Origin: an uncultured Acidobacteriota bacterium
GTDB lineage: Bacteria; Acidobacteriota; Vicinamibacteria; Marinacidobacterales; SMYC01
Assembly (NCBI GenBank): GCA_964553925.1
Contig: CAZKNR010000128.1
Location: 2,017 to 66,016, forward strand
Direction of reading: 5' to 3'
DNA: 64,000 bases
The notes under the pieces are model-generated. The model did no database searches. It saw only the letters and a program-made list of their open reading frames with translations, and was not told the origin of the DNA. This document shows positions 28,546 to 37,857 of this stretch, piece after piece; the first letter of the stretch is position 1; every line of letters starts with the position of its first letter. The translations under genes and the position numbers were made by a program.

Positions 28546-29808
28546 TCATGAAACCAGGCTGGGGTAGAGGGGGAAGCCCGAAGTGAGCTCTCGCACGTCC
28601 CTCGCCACGCTCTCGAGCTCGGACGGCCGCTCCCGGCCCCGGAGCGCCCGCGCGATGAACCGAGAAACGCGCTTCATCTCCTCTTCCTTCATCCCGCGGC
28701 TCGTGAGCGCCGGGGTCCCGAGACGGACGCCGCTCGCGACGAGAGGCGGCCTCGTATCGAACGGGATCACGTTCTTGTTCGCCGTGATTCCGGCCTTCTC
28801 GAGAGCTTCCTCCGCTTCCTTGCCCGTGATGCCGCTCGCGCCCACGTCGACGAGGACCAGGTGGTTGTCGGTGCCGCCGGAGACGAGGCGGAACCCCTCT
28901 TCTTTCAGCCCCTCCGCGAGAGTCGCGGCGTTCGACACGATCTGCCGGGCGTAGTCCCGGAACGAACTCTCGAGCGCCAGCTTGAGACAGACGGCCTTCG
29001 CCGCGATGACGTGAACCAGAGGTCCGCCCTGGATTCCGGGGAAGGTGACGCGGTTGATGTCCTTGGCGTGGGCCTCGCGCGAAAGAATGAGGCCGCCCCT
29101 TGGCCCGCGGAGGGTCTTGTGAGTGGTGGTGGTGACGAAGTCTGAATGGGGCACGGGGCTTTCATGGACGCCTCCCGCGACGAGCCCCGCGATGTGAGCC
29201 ATGTCCGTCACGACCTTCGCCCCCACTTCGTCCGCCGCTTGCCGGAACCGCGCGAAATCGATCCGGCGCGGATAGGCGCTGGCACCCACGAGGATCATCT
29301 TCGGCCGGTTTTTACGCGCGAGCTCGATAACGGCGTCGTAGTCGATCTGTTCGTCCTCGCGCCGGACGCCATAGGGGACGACTTTGTAGAGGCGCCCGGA
29401 GAAATTCAGCGGATGTCCGTGAGTGAGGTGCCCCCCGTGCGAGAGGTCCATACCCATGAAGGTGTCCCCCGGGTCGAGGAGCGTGAGGTATACCGCCATG
29501 TTGGCCTGGGTCCCGCTGTGCGGCTGAACGTTCGCGTGCTCGGCGGAAAAGAGCTCTTTAGCGCGCGCGATCGCGAGCCGCTCTACCACGTCGGCGAACT
29601 CACAGCCTCCGTAGTAGCGCCGGCCGGGGTAGCCCTCCGCGTACTTGTTCGTGAAGACCGAGCCCGTGGCCTCGAGGACCGCGAGGCTCACGAAATTTTC
29701 GGAGGCGATGAGCTCGAGACCGCCGCCCTGGCGATGGGTCTCCTTCAGGATCGCGGAGGCGATTTCCGGATCCGCCTGTCTCAGCGAAACCTGCAGCTCC
29801 TGGCCCAC
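28546..29808 (-). CDS. glyA: Serine hydroxymethyltransferase
   Basis: [41 protein letters not shown] start lies 5 nt after AGGAGGAG. Confidence 0.95.
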   Translation of the reverse strand: MGQELQVSLRQADPEIASAILKETHRQGGGLELIASENFVSLAVLEATGSVFTNKYAEGYPGRRYYGGCEFADVVERLAIARAKELFSAEHANVQPHSGTQANMAVYLTLLDPGDTFMGMDLSHGGHLTHGHPLNFSGRLYKVVPYGVRREDEQIDYDAVIELARKNRPKMILVGASAYPRRIDFARFRQAADEVGAKVVTDMAHIAGLVAGGVHESPVPHSDFVTTTTHKTLRGPRGGLILSREAHAKDINRVTFPGIQGGPLVHVIAAKAVCLKLALESSFRDYARQIVSNAATLAEGLKEEGFRLVSGGTDNHLVLVDVGASGITGKEAEEALEKAGITANKNVIPFDTRPPLVASGVRLGTPALTSRGMKEEEMKRVSRFIARALRGRERPSELESVARDVRELTSGFPLYPSLVS

Positions 29809-29891
29809 GGGCGCTCCTCCTGAAGAAGGCCCATCTTAACGGTTCCCGCCGAAAGGCGCGAACCTCGGTACTGCGCTGCCCTACTCAAAAT

Positions 29892-29992
29892 CCAATACAA
29901 GGGGGATACGGGGATAGGAGGAGATACGGGGATAAAATTGGACCCAATAGGTCTCCCCATCTCCTCCCATCTCCCCATCCCCCTTGTATTTC
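29892..29992. repeat. G-rich palindromic intergenic element, copy B (reverse orientation relative to copy A)
   Basis: Left arm CCAATACAAGGGGGATACGGGGATAGGAGGAGATACGGGGAT matches the reverse complement of the copy A right arm. Right arm TCTCCCCATCTCCTCCCATCTCCCCATCCCCCTTGTATTTC matches the reverse complement of the copy A left arm. Confidence 0.8.
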
Positions 29993-30120
29993 TTTTTGCG
30001 GCTAGGCGGCCCGCCCCGGGGTACGCACTATCGCACACCTCGGAATTCGGTTACACTGGTTGGGTTCTCGTTCATTAAAGGACAAAATCAGCGCTACCCA
30101 GGCTAGATGGGGCCGTAAGT

Positions 30121-30984
30121 TTGGACAAACAGAGGGACAGGCTCCCACGGTTGGCGCCCGAATCCGCGGACGGAGGCGGAGGCGGGGAAGAGCCGGCCTC
30201 GCGCATTCCCGAAGAAGCGGGGGAGATCTACGAGCTCGTGGAGGAGTCGGGCGTCGCCGCGCTCCCCGAGCCTTCGCCGCCGCCGCCTCCTCCCCCGCGT
30301 CCGCAAGCACCCGTGCTCCCCGAGGAAACGATTCAAGAGCTGCGCGCGCTCCGGGCCAAGCTCGAAAACAAGGACCGCCAGATCGAGCAGGTCATGGAGG
30401 CCTACCGCGGCAAGAAAGAGGAGACGGAGAAGCTCCGAACGCGCATCGAAAAGACCGAGCGGCGGAAATTCGAGCAGTCGAAGGGCGACTTCATCGCGCG
30501 CTTCGTGGAAGTGCTCGACAACCTCGACCGCGCCATCGATTCGATCGAGAACGCCTTCGATCCGGACTCCGTGCTCCAGGGGATCATGCTCGTGCGCTCC
30601 CGCCTGGTCCAGCTCCTCAAGGAAGAGGGGCTCGAGAAGATCTTCGTCCGGGGTCAGACGTACGACCCCACGCACAGCGAGGCCGCGGGTCTCGAGGACG
30701 TGCCCAACGAGTCCCAGGATGGAATGGTGCTGAAGGAACTGCAGCCCGGGTACATGCTGAAGGGATCTCTCCTGCGCGTCGCCCGCGTCGTAGTCGGGCG
30801 ATACGGCACCGATTCCGCGCAGCCAGGCGCCGCTTCCGATCCGGGAGCGATAGCGGTAGCGCCTCCGCCTTCAAAGCCACGCGAGCCGGGAGACGGCGAC
30901 CAGTCCGGCTCTTCGTGGGAGGCGGACAAAGCAGCACACGAGCTCGAGTTCAGCGAGGACGGCGTCGACTTCAGTAACGAGTGA
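30121..30984 (+). CDS. grpE: Nucleotide exchange factor GrpE (with Pro-rich N-terminal and a C-terminal extension)
   Basis: Coiled coil, then FIARFVEVLDNLDRAI, GIMLVRSRLVQLLKEEGLEKI, FDPTHSEA, GYMLKGSLLRVARVVV. TTG 30121 start is uncertain. No dnaK or dnaJ adjacent. Confidence 0.8.
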   Translation: MDKQRDRLPRLAPESADGGGGGEEPASRIPEEAGEIYELVEESGVAALPEPSPPPPPPPRPQAPVLPEETIQELRALRAKLENKDRQIEQVMEAYRGKKEETEKLRTRIEKTERRKFEQSKGDFIARFVEVLDNLDRAIDSIENAFDPDSVLQGIMLVRSRLVQLLKEEGLEKIFVRGQTYDPTHSEAAGLEDVPNESQDGMVLKELQPGYMLKGSLLRVARVVVGRYGTDSAQPGAASDPGAIAVAPPPSKPREPGDGDQSGSSWEADKAAHELEFSEDGVDFSNE

Positions 30985-32758
30985 GACGCATCCCGTAGAA
31001 ACGGACGGCTGCCTCGCGGTAGCGGCGGGAAAGTCTCACGGTCTCACCGTAGCGCAGCACCAGGCGGTTTAGACCCTCCTGAAGGAGCTCCGCCTTCACC
31101 ATCACCCCTTTCCTCTCTGGTTCGGGTCCTTCCAGAAACAGAAGCCCCGCGGGGCGATCGTTCAGCTCGACTGCGGTCTCGACCGCGCCCGCCGCCGCGG
31201 CCATCGAGAGATCGATCGCCAGATCGGAAGGCTCCGCTCCCACCGGCAGCACGAAGAAGAGCTCGGAGCTCTCGCCCTTAGACAGTCGCTCGGTTCCGTA
31301 GGCGCCTGGGCGCGGCGGATCGAATCCCTCTCCGAAAAAGGGAAGCTCGCCCGCGCCAATCTCGACCGAGGCCGTCCCCGCGGGAAGCGTCGTCCCCATG
31401 AGGACGCCGCGCTCCGGCACTTCGTGCACGGAAATCCACGCGCCGAGGGCATCACTCGTTGGAAATTGCCCGACCTCTCTGAGGCGGGAGACGTCGATCC
31501 CCGGCGGATAGCCCGAGTAGAACACCCAGTCGAAGTTTCCGGCGAAGACTTGCTCCTCGACCCGGAGCCGATGGACCCGGAACCGTTCCTCGTCGAGTCG
31601 CGGCGTCCATTGATCCTGGAGAACGCGGCTGCCCTCGGGGATGGCGGAGAGCGCCCAGACAAGGGCGCGATCGGCGGGAGACGGCCTCCCGGCGCGTTTC
31701 CAGAGCTCGAGGCTCCCGAAGGCAGGCCCGGCAAGGAGCAGGAGCGCGAGCGCCCATCGGGCTCTTCCGCCGGTCCGCGAGACGGAGGAAGCGGCAAGAA
31801 GGGCGGCCGCGGGGAGGAGAGGAAGGGCGTGGCGCGGGAAGGCTCGATCGAACAACGCGAAGACCAGAAGGTAGATCGCCGGATAACCGAGGACGATGAG
31901 CCGTCTCGGCTCGCGGGTCCAAAGCGCCGCCGCCACTCCGAAGAGCGCGAGGGTCGCCCCCACGAGCCCAACCCCGCCCGTCGCGAGCGATTCCAGGACC
32001 TCGAGCGCGGCGTTCATATGACTCGCCCGGTAGTAGCCGAAGTGCCTCTCGACTCCCCGCGCCGATTCCAGAAGATTCACGAAGGTGTAGGGGCTTGCGA
32101 TCGCGAAAGCGGCGAGAGCCGCTGAAAGCCCCGCAAGAGTCCATCCGCGGCTCCTCTTTGGCTCGGGGGCGAGCATCGCTGCCATCGCATAGGGAACGAC
32201 GGTGAAAGCCCCCGTGTACTTCACCGCGGTCGCGAGACCCACCGCAAGTCCGGCCAAGAGGTACCGGCGAGGTGCGGGTGATTCCTGAAGCCGAAGCGCC
32301 GCGAGAAGTGCCGTGGCGACGAAGAGGCCGAGCATCAAGTCAGGGTTGACGACCGCCGATTCGCGAAACGCGAGGGGAGAAAACGCGCTCAGAGCCGCCG
32401 CGATACCGGCGCCCCAGGGAGAAAGGAAACGAAGTCCGCAGGCGAAAACCACGGCGGCGGTCGCGACTCCGGCGGCGAGAGTCATTCGTCTCGCTTCGAG
32501 ATAGAACTCGCCGCGTGGAATCTCCGCGAGAGAGCGGGAATCGGTGACGAGACGCACCTCTACCGGAATCCTCTGCAGATAGAAATGAAGGCCGGGGTAG
32601 CCGGGGTGCCGCTGATCGAAGTCCCCCCGCTTGACCATCTCGAGCACGTTCTCGACGACCTCGCCCTCGTCGGGCCCGATGTAGTGCTCGACGTCATGAG
32701 ACGCGATAGGCCAGCGAGCGAGAAGGGCGGCAGAGACGATGAAGCCCGTGAAGAGCAC
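30971..32758 (-). CDS. Membrane glycosyltransferase, family 39 / ArnT-PMT-like, with C-terminal extracytoplasmic domain
   Basis: About 10 TM segments, an early DE-containing loop (HYIGPDEGEVVEN), and a soluble tail of about 200 aa. Adjacent to nucleotide-sugar genes. Confidence 0.55.
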   Translation of the reverse strand: MLFTGFIVSAALLARWPIASHDVEHYIGPDEGEVVENVLEMVKRGDFDQRHPGYPGLHFYLQRIPVEVRLVTDSRSLAEIPRGEFYLEARRMTLAAGVATAAVVFACGLRFLSPWGAGIAAALSAFSPLAFRESAVVNPDLMLGLFVATALLAALRLQESPAPRRYLLAGLAVGLATAVKYTGAFTVVPYAMAAMLAPEPKRSRGWTLAGLSAALAAFAIASPYTFVNLLESARGVERHFGYYRASHMNAALEVLESLATGGVGLVGATLALFGVAAALWTREPRRLIVLGYPAIYLLVFALFDRAFPRHALPLLPAAALLAASSVSRTGGRARWALALLLLAGPAFGSLELWKRAGRPSPADRALVWALSAIPEGSRVLQDQWTPRLDEERFRVHRLRVEEQVFAGNFDWVFYSGYPPGIDVSRLREVGQFPTSDALGAWISVHEVPERGVLMGTTLPAGTASVEIGAGELPFFGEGFDPPRPGAYGTERLSKGESSELFFVLPVGAEPSDLAIDLSMAAAAGAVETAVELNDRPAGLLFLEGPEPERKGVMVKAELLQEGLNRLVLRYGETVRLSRRYREAAVRFYGMRLTRY

Positions 32759-32812
32759 CGCGCCCCGAAACGATCTCAGTACTTCACTCCTGCAGAAGAA
32801 GAAAAATCTTAC

Positions 32813-33757
32813 CTAGAGCCTCGAGCGCCAGTCGTCTAAGAGGTCGCGGAGGGTTTCGTGCAGGGAATATCGCGGGGACCAGCCGGTCTCGGTCTTGAGT
32901 CTCGCCGGGTCCCCGACGATCAAGGGAGCGTCGAGAGCGTGATACCGCTCGGGATCCACCACCACCTGTACGGGAGAGCGGGACTGCCGAACCAGCTCCT
33001 CCAGAACCTCGCCGATCGAGACCGCCTCGCCGCGGCAGACGTTGTACGGCCGGCCCGGCTCTCCTCTCTCCACGATCGCGGAGTAGGCGGCGGCAACGTC
33101 ACGGACGTCGGTGAAGTCCCTACGGGCTCCAAGATTCCCAACGCGGATGACGGGCTCCCGCGTTCCTTTCTCCACTTCCGCCACCTGGCGGGCGAAGCTC
33201 GACGAGACGTAGGAGTCGGCCTGCCCGGGCCCGGTATGGTTGAACGACCGCGTGACGTACACCGGAAGCTCCCCGGACCAGAACGAGCGGCGCCCCAAGA
33301 GCTCCTGAGAGGTCTTGCTCACGGCATACGGCGTGAGCGGTTTTTGCTCTTGCTCCTCTCCGATCGGCTGGGCCTCGGCCGGCACGTCCCCGTACTGCTG
33401 GGCCGAGCCCACGAGGAGCAGCCGCGGTTTTCGGCCCGTCTCCGTCGCCGCCGACAGGAGGTTGTGAGCGCCGATGATGTTGGTCTCGAGCGTGCGCCGG
33501 GCCTCCTTCCACGATCCCTCCGGATTGGAGAAGGCGGCGAGATGGAAGATTGCGTCCGGAGCGAAGTCGCGGAGGGCCGCGCCGAGTGCCGCCTCGTCGA
33601 GGATGTCGAGCGGAAACACCTCGACCCGCGGCCCGAGAGAGCCCGGTCCTCCGTCCGTGGGATGAACGAGGCCAGAGACCTCGTGGCCTTGGGAAAGCAG
33701 ATGCGTTGTGAGATGGCGCCCGACGAAGCCAGCGGCTCCGGTGACCAGCGCGCGCAC
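32813..33757 (-). CDS. SDR-family GDP-4-dehydro-6-deoxy-D-mannose reductase-like (Rmd-like)
   Basis: MRALVTGAAGFVGRHL, TPYAVSK, FNHTGPGQ, RRDFTDVRDV, YNVCRG. The Rmd versus epimerase assignment is inferred from the FNHTGPGQ motif and the gmd neighbour. Confidence 0.65.
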   Translation of the reverse strand: MRALVTGAAGFVGRHLTTHLLSQGHEVSGLVHPTDGGPGSLGPRVEVFPLDILDEAALGAALRDFAPDAIFHLAAFSNPEGSWKEARRTLETNIIGAHNLLSAATETGRKPRLLLVGSAQQYGDVPAEAQPIGEEQEQKPLTPYAVSKTSQELLGRRSFWSGELPVYVTRSFNHTGPGQADSYVSSSFARQVAEVEKGTREPVIRVGNLGARRDFTDVRDVAAAYSAIVERGEPGRPYNVCRGEAVSIGEVLEELVRQSRSPVQVVVDPERYHALDAPLIVGDPARLKTETGWSPRYSLHETLRDLLDDWRSRL

Positions 33758-34720
33758 TCAGCCGGTCTCCGCTCTCCAGTAGTCGAGCATGTCGCGGAGC
33801 GTTCGATCGTACGGAATCGTCGGCTCCCAGCCCGTGGCCTTCCGGAACTTGGAGCTGTCGCCGAGGAGAACGGGCACGTCCGAGGGCCGGAGCCTTTCGG
33901 GATCTTCCCGCACCTCGACTTCGAGCCCCGACATACGAATGAGCTCGTCCAGGACCTGCTGGATCGAGTAGTCCTTTCCGGTGCAGATGTTGTAGACCTC
34001 GCCCGGCTCGCAGCCGCCGTCGAGCGCGAGCCAGTAGGCGCGCACCATGTCCCGCACGTCCGTGAAGTCGCGGCGGGCTTCCAGGTTTCCGACGTGGATG
34101 ACCGGGGGTTTCTTGCCCTTCTCGATGGCCGCGAGCTGCTTCGCGAAATTCGACGAGACGAAGACGTCCCCTCGGCGCGGTCCGTCGTGGTTGAAGCCGC
34201 GGGTCCGCACCACCTTGGTCCCGAAGCTCTTGAAGTACTGATAGCCGAGATAGTCCTGACCCACCTTGCTGACCGCGTAAGGGGAAAGGGGCCTCAGGGG
34301 GTTCGTCTCCCGGATGGGGAGCTCGTGCTCGAGCACGAGTCCGTACTCCTCGCTCGAGCAGGCGATCTGGATCCAGGGATCGATGCGGGCGGCGCGGACC
34401 GCTTCGAACAGGTTGAGCTGTCCGAGGATGTTCGTGGTGAGCGATTCCGCGGGCGCGTTCCAGGATGAGGGGACGAAGCTCTGCGCCGCGAGATGGAAGA
34501 TGCGGTCCGGCCGAACCCTCTCGATGAGCCCGGTGACCGAGCTTTGATCGCGGAGGTCGCACTCCAGAAGCTGGATCTTCGATTCGATGCCCCGGATGTT
34601 CTCGGTCCGGCTGCGCCAGCGCTGGGTGCCGTAAACCTCGGATCCGGGATGCTCGGAGAGAACGTACTCCGCCAGATGGCTCCCGGCGAAGCCGGTGATT
34701 CCAGTAATCAGTACGCGCAA
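33758..34720 (-). CDS. gmd: GDP-mannose 4,6-dehydratase (short form)
   Basis: (L)RVLITGITGFAGSHLAEY, HLAAQSFV, SPYAVSK, FNHDGPRRG, RRDFTDVRD. Start set to TTG 34720 with an AGGAG SD. The listed 703-aa ORF fuses it with an out-of-frame read of the upstream gene. Confidence 0.7.
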   Translation of the reverse strand: MRVLITGITGFAGSHLAEYVLSEHPGSEVYGTQRWRSRTENIRGIESKIQLLECDLRDQSSVTGLIERVRPDRIFHLAAQSFVPSSWNAPAESLTTNILGQLNLFEAVRAARIDPWIQIACSSEEYGLVLEHELPIRETNPLRPLSPYAVSKVGQDYLGYQYFKSFGTKVVRTRGFNHDGPRRGDVFVSSNFAKQLAAIEKGKKPPVIHVGNLEARRDFTDVRDMVRAYWLALDGGCEPGEVYNICTGKDYSIQQVLDELIRMSGLEVEVREDPERLRPSDVPVLLGDSSKFRKATGWEPTIPYDRTLRDMLDYWRAETG

Positions 34721-34734
34721 GCGATGACTCCTAT

Positions 34735-35670
34735 TCAGTGTCGCGGGGCCCCACCCCCGCGACTCTCGCTTCGCGACTCGCCTTCGGCTCGCGCTGCGCT
34801 CGGGTTGAGGACTCCTGATAGGTAGTCGTGGAGGGCTTCCCTCCAGCTTTTGACGGTTCGGCCCGCCGACTTTTCGAAACGCTCGACCGAGAGGACCGAG
34901 TAGCGCGGCCGGGGCGCGGGACGATTCAGATCGGCCGCCTGGATCGCCCGGATCCTGGCGGGGGAGAGGGCGAGCTCGTCCGCGACCGCATGACCGAGCG
35001 CGAGCCAGCTCGCTTCGCCCTGGTTGACGAAGTGGAAAAGACCGCGATGTTGCCCCTCGGCCAACGTCAACATCGCCGCCGCGAGCTCTCGGGCGCTCGT
35101 CGGAGAGCCCGTCTGATCCGCAACGAGAGGAAGATCCTCGCTCCGGCGGAGACGCTCCCGCACCCAATCGACGAAGCCCTTCCCGGGTCCGTAGAGCCAG
35201 CCGGTTCTCACGATGATATGGCTCTCGGGACAGGTCTCGGCCACCGCCCGCTCGCCCTCGAGCTTCGACCTTCCGTAGCTCGAGAGCGGACGAGGAGTTT
35301 CCTCCTCGCGGTAAGGAGCCGTGGCCTCCCCGTCGAAGACGTAATCCGTGCTGACATATAGAATGAGGGCCCCGACCTCGCGCGCGCACTTGGCGACCAC
35401 CCGGGCGCCCGTGGCATTGACTTCCAGGGCCTTTTCGGGCGCACGCTCGGCGCCATCGACGTCGGTTTCGGCGGCGCAGTGTAGCACGGCTTCGGGGGAA
35501 AACTCCCGGAACGCCCGGAGGACGCCGTCCCGATCGACGACGTCGAGGCGGGCGCGCCTCGCGGCGTGCACGCGGGGAGAAACGAGGCCGAGCACCTCGT
35601 GATTGGGAGCCGCGAGGCGCACCAACTGCCCTCCCACGAGTCCAGAGGCGCCGGTGACGAGAATCCTCAC
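34735..35670 (-). CDS. rfbD: dTDP-4-dehydrorhamnose reductase-like (RmlD family)
   Basis: MRILVTGASGLVG, VLHCAAETDVD, STDYVFDG, SSYGRSKLEGE, RTGWLYG. Confidence 0.75.
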   Translation of the reverse strand: MRILVTGASGLVGGQLVRLAAPNHEVLGLVSPRVHAARRARLDVVDRDGVLRAFREFSPEAVLHCAAETDVDGAERAPEKALEVNATGARVVAKCAREVGALILYVSTDYVFDGEATAPYREEETPRPLSSYGRSKLEGERAVAETCPESHIIVRTGWLYGPGKGFVDWVRERLRRSEDLPLVADQTGSPTSARELAAAMLTLAEGQHRGLFHFVNQGEASWLALGHAVADELALSPARIRAIQAADLNRPAPRPRYSVLSVERFEKSAGRTVKSWREALHDYLSGVLNPSAARAEGESRSESRGGGAPRH

Positions 35671-35673
35671 GGT

Positions 35674-37830
35674 TTAGTAGCTCGACGATCTTGTGCCGCC
35701 GAGAGACGTGCCGAAGCTTCCGATGTTCGCGAGAGTGATCCCGAACCGAAACGTGTTCTCGTCGCGGAAGTTGCCGAAGTTGTACCGGTTGTAATCGAAG
35801 AGGAAACCGCAGCACTGCACGTCGTACTCGATCCCGGCGCGCATGTGCCGAAGGATCTTGAGCGACCAATCGTAGCTGGACTCGAAGTTCGCCCGGAGCC
35901 CCGAAGTCAGGTTCACCCGTCCTCCGAGGCGGAAGCTCGACCTCACGATGCCGCGGTCGGGGATGTTCCGCCGCGTCCAGACTCCCGAAACCGACCCCCA
36001 GTCTCCCGAGAAGCTCCCGGCGGTGCTGGCCGAGCGGACCGCCTTGAAGCTGATGTCGTAGTCGAGATTCCAGCTCGCGGTGAGCGATCGCGACGGACGA
36101 AAGTTCACCCGGGAAGTGATGGGTGAATAGCTGCTGGGGGTGCCATCGGCGGTGAAGTAGGGGGTCGAGAACTGCGCATCGTAGAGCGAGGCATTGACGT
36201 CGAAGAAGTATCTCTGCGAGACCACCCAGGTGAGCATTTCCGTCGGGTTGGCCTGCTCTTTGCCGTCGACCATCCGCTTCGCGAGGAATCGGTTCACGAT
36301 AGAAAAGGCCACCTGGTTCGTCCCGGGAATGTAGTCGTTGCCGTCGAATTTCGGTATGAGGTCGAAGTCCTCGATCCGGCTCCGGTAGCTCCAGACCATC
36401 TGCGGCTCGATGACGTGCTTGAAGCGCGCGGCGTAGCCGTTGTCGGGGGTGTTGAAGATCCGGGCGAACGTCGGACCCCTCATGTCGAACCCGGTCTCGA
36501 CGTACTGCCGAGCGATGGCCTCGTCCTCGACGAAGGCTCCCCTTGCGGTCTGCGAGGCGGTGTAGTGGGTATAGCGGCCGGTGACGCTGGTGCGAAACGT
36601 TAGATAGCTGAGGCCGGTGAAGGGATAGGAGACCGTGGGCGCTACGTCGAACCGCTGGTACTCGATGAGCTGGCTTCCGCTGGTCCTGGACAGGGACACG
36701 ACCTCGCTGTCGAAACCGAAGAGGATGGGGGTCGGCCCGATGCGCGTCGCTCGTCCGCCGAGACTTACCTGCGGCAAGACCTCCCGCACCGCGACGCTTT
36801 CCCCGAACGCGGTGTCGTTTCGATCGAAGAGGACGCGGAGGCTGTACTGGCCGAAGGATTTCGCGATCGTCCCCGAGGCGCGCTTCGATCTCTGGGTGGC
36901 GCGATCGTAGTTCTCCTGAAAGCTCTGCTGAAAATCGAAGCTCGAGAAGTAATCGACCCGCGCCACCGAGCGGAAACCCCCGGGCAGTTCCTGGTTCGCG
37001 GCGCCGAGGATGGTGTACTCGCGCGCTCCGGTCTCCGAATCGTTGAGGAAGAACGTATTCACCTGCCCGCGCGAGGCGTCGCTCGCGACGTAGCGATATT
37101 CGGCGGAGGCCGCGTTTCCCACCAGGGAGAAGCGCTCGTACGCGAGGGTCGCGTCCATGGAGCGGCTGATGGCCCAGAAGAACCCCTGGTCGAAAATGTA
37201 TCCCTTGAGGGAGGAGTGCCCGATCTGAGGAAGAAGCAGTCCCGTGGCGCGCCCTTGCTCGTCGATGGGGTAGTAGAGAAACGGTGCGTAAAAGATCGGG
37301 AGCGACTTGAGCTTAAAGAGGGTATGGTGAAGGGCCACGTGGTGGTCTCGTTTCATCCGGGCTTTCCCCGCGGTGAACTGCCACCGCGGAGTCGGCTGGG
37401 CGCAGGAGGTGAAAGCGCCGCCCTCGATCGCGTAGACGTCCTCGGACTCCTTCTCGATGATGTCGCCGTAGAAGTACAGATCCGCTCCGGCGCGGCCGTG
37501 GGCGTTGAAGAACCGGCCGGTCTTGGTGTTCAGGTCCGCTTCCATCCGGGTGGCGATGATCTTCTGGTCGCCCTGCTCGTAGACGACGTTGCCCTCGGCG
37601 ATTACCCGCATTTCCTCGTCCCAGAACTCGACCCGGTCGGCGGTGATATGGACGTCGCCGGAGCGGAGATCGACGTACCCTTCGGCTCTCGCATGACCCT
37701 TCGCGACCTGCTCCTGGCGTTCCGCTTTGAGAGTGACGTCCTGGGTTTCCTGACCGGGGCTCTGGGCGAAAGACGCTCTGGCGGTGAGGACGAGGAGGAG
37801 CGGGATGGGTGCAAGGGGACTCCTGAGCAT
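35674..37830 (-). CDS. lptD: LPS-assembly outer-membrane protein LptD (OstA family)
   Basis: Signal peptide MLRSPLAPIPLLLVLTARASFAQ. OstA-like N-domain (GYVDLRSGDVHITADRVEF...AEGNVVYEQGDQKIIATRMEADLNTKTG), then a large beta-barrel ending in an aromatic residue. Start moved to ATG 37830. Confidence 0.78.
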   Translation of the reverse strand: MLRSPLAPIPLLLVLTARASFAQSPGQETQDVTLKAERQEQVAKGHARAEGYVDLRSGDVHITADRVEFWDEEMRVIAEGNVVYEQGDQKIIATRMEADLNTKTGRFFNAHGRAGADLYFYGDIIEKESEDVYAIEGGAFTSCAQPTPRWQFTAGKARMKRDHHVALHHTLFKLKSLPIFYAPFLYYPIDEQGRATGLLLPQIGHSSLKGYIFDQGFFWAISRSMDATLAYERFSLVGNAASAEYRYVASDASRGQVNTFFLNDSETGAREYTILGAANQELPGGFRSVARVDYFSSFDFQQSFQENYDRATQRSKRASGTIAKSFGQYSLRVLFDRNDTAFGESVAVREVLPQVSLGGRATRIGPTPILFGFDSEVVSLSRTSGSQLIEYQRFDVAPTVSYPFTGLSYLTFRTSVTGRYTHYTASQTARGAFVEDEAIARQYVETGFDMRGPTFARIFNTPDNGYAARFKHVIEPQMVWSYRSRIEDFDLIPKFDGNDYIPGTNQVAFSIVNRFLAKRMVDGKEQANPTEMLTWVVSQRYFFDVNASLYDAQFSTPYFTADGTPSSYSPITSRVNFRPSRSLTASWNLDYDISFKAVRSASTAGSFSGDWGSVSGVWTRRNIPDRGIVRSSFRLGGRVNLTSGLRANFESSYDWSLKILRHMRAGIEYDVQCCGFLFDYNRYNFGNFRDENTFRFGITLANIGSFGTSLGGTRSSSY

Positions 37831-37840
37831 CGACGCCCGA

Positions 37841-37848
37841 ATTATACT
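37841..37848. promoter_or_regulatory. Palindromic -10-like core (ATTATACT / AGTATAAT) in the 27-bp lptD / radical SAM divergent spacer
   Basis: TATACT lies 9 nt before GTG 37858 on the + strand. TATAAT lies 10 nt before ATG 37830 on the - strand. No SD on either side. Confidence 0.35.
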
Positions 37849-37857
37849 AAACGCATC

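Noticed and set aside
30000-30120. Looked for CIRCE (TTAGCACTC-N9-GAGTGCTAA) or HAIR operators upstream of grpE
   Set aside because: No match was found. The only notable structure upstream is the palindromic element, copy B.
34721-35869. Upstream 380 codons of the 703-aa ORF 33758..35869
   Set aside because: This is an out-of-frame read across the RmlD-like gene, with an Arg/Pro/Gly-rich translation. The real dehydratase starts at TTG 34720 with an AGGAG SD.
37216-37857. N-terminal extension of the radical SAM ORF (listed start 37216)
   Set aside because: It overlaps lptD in antisense. The recognisable protein begins at VKRRPVLLLSCYELG (GTG 37858).
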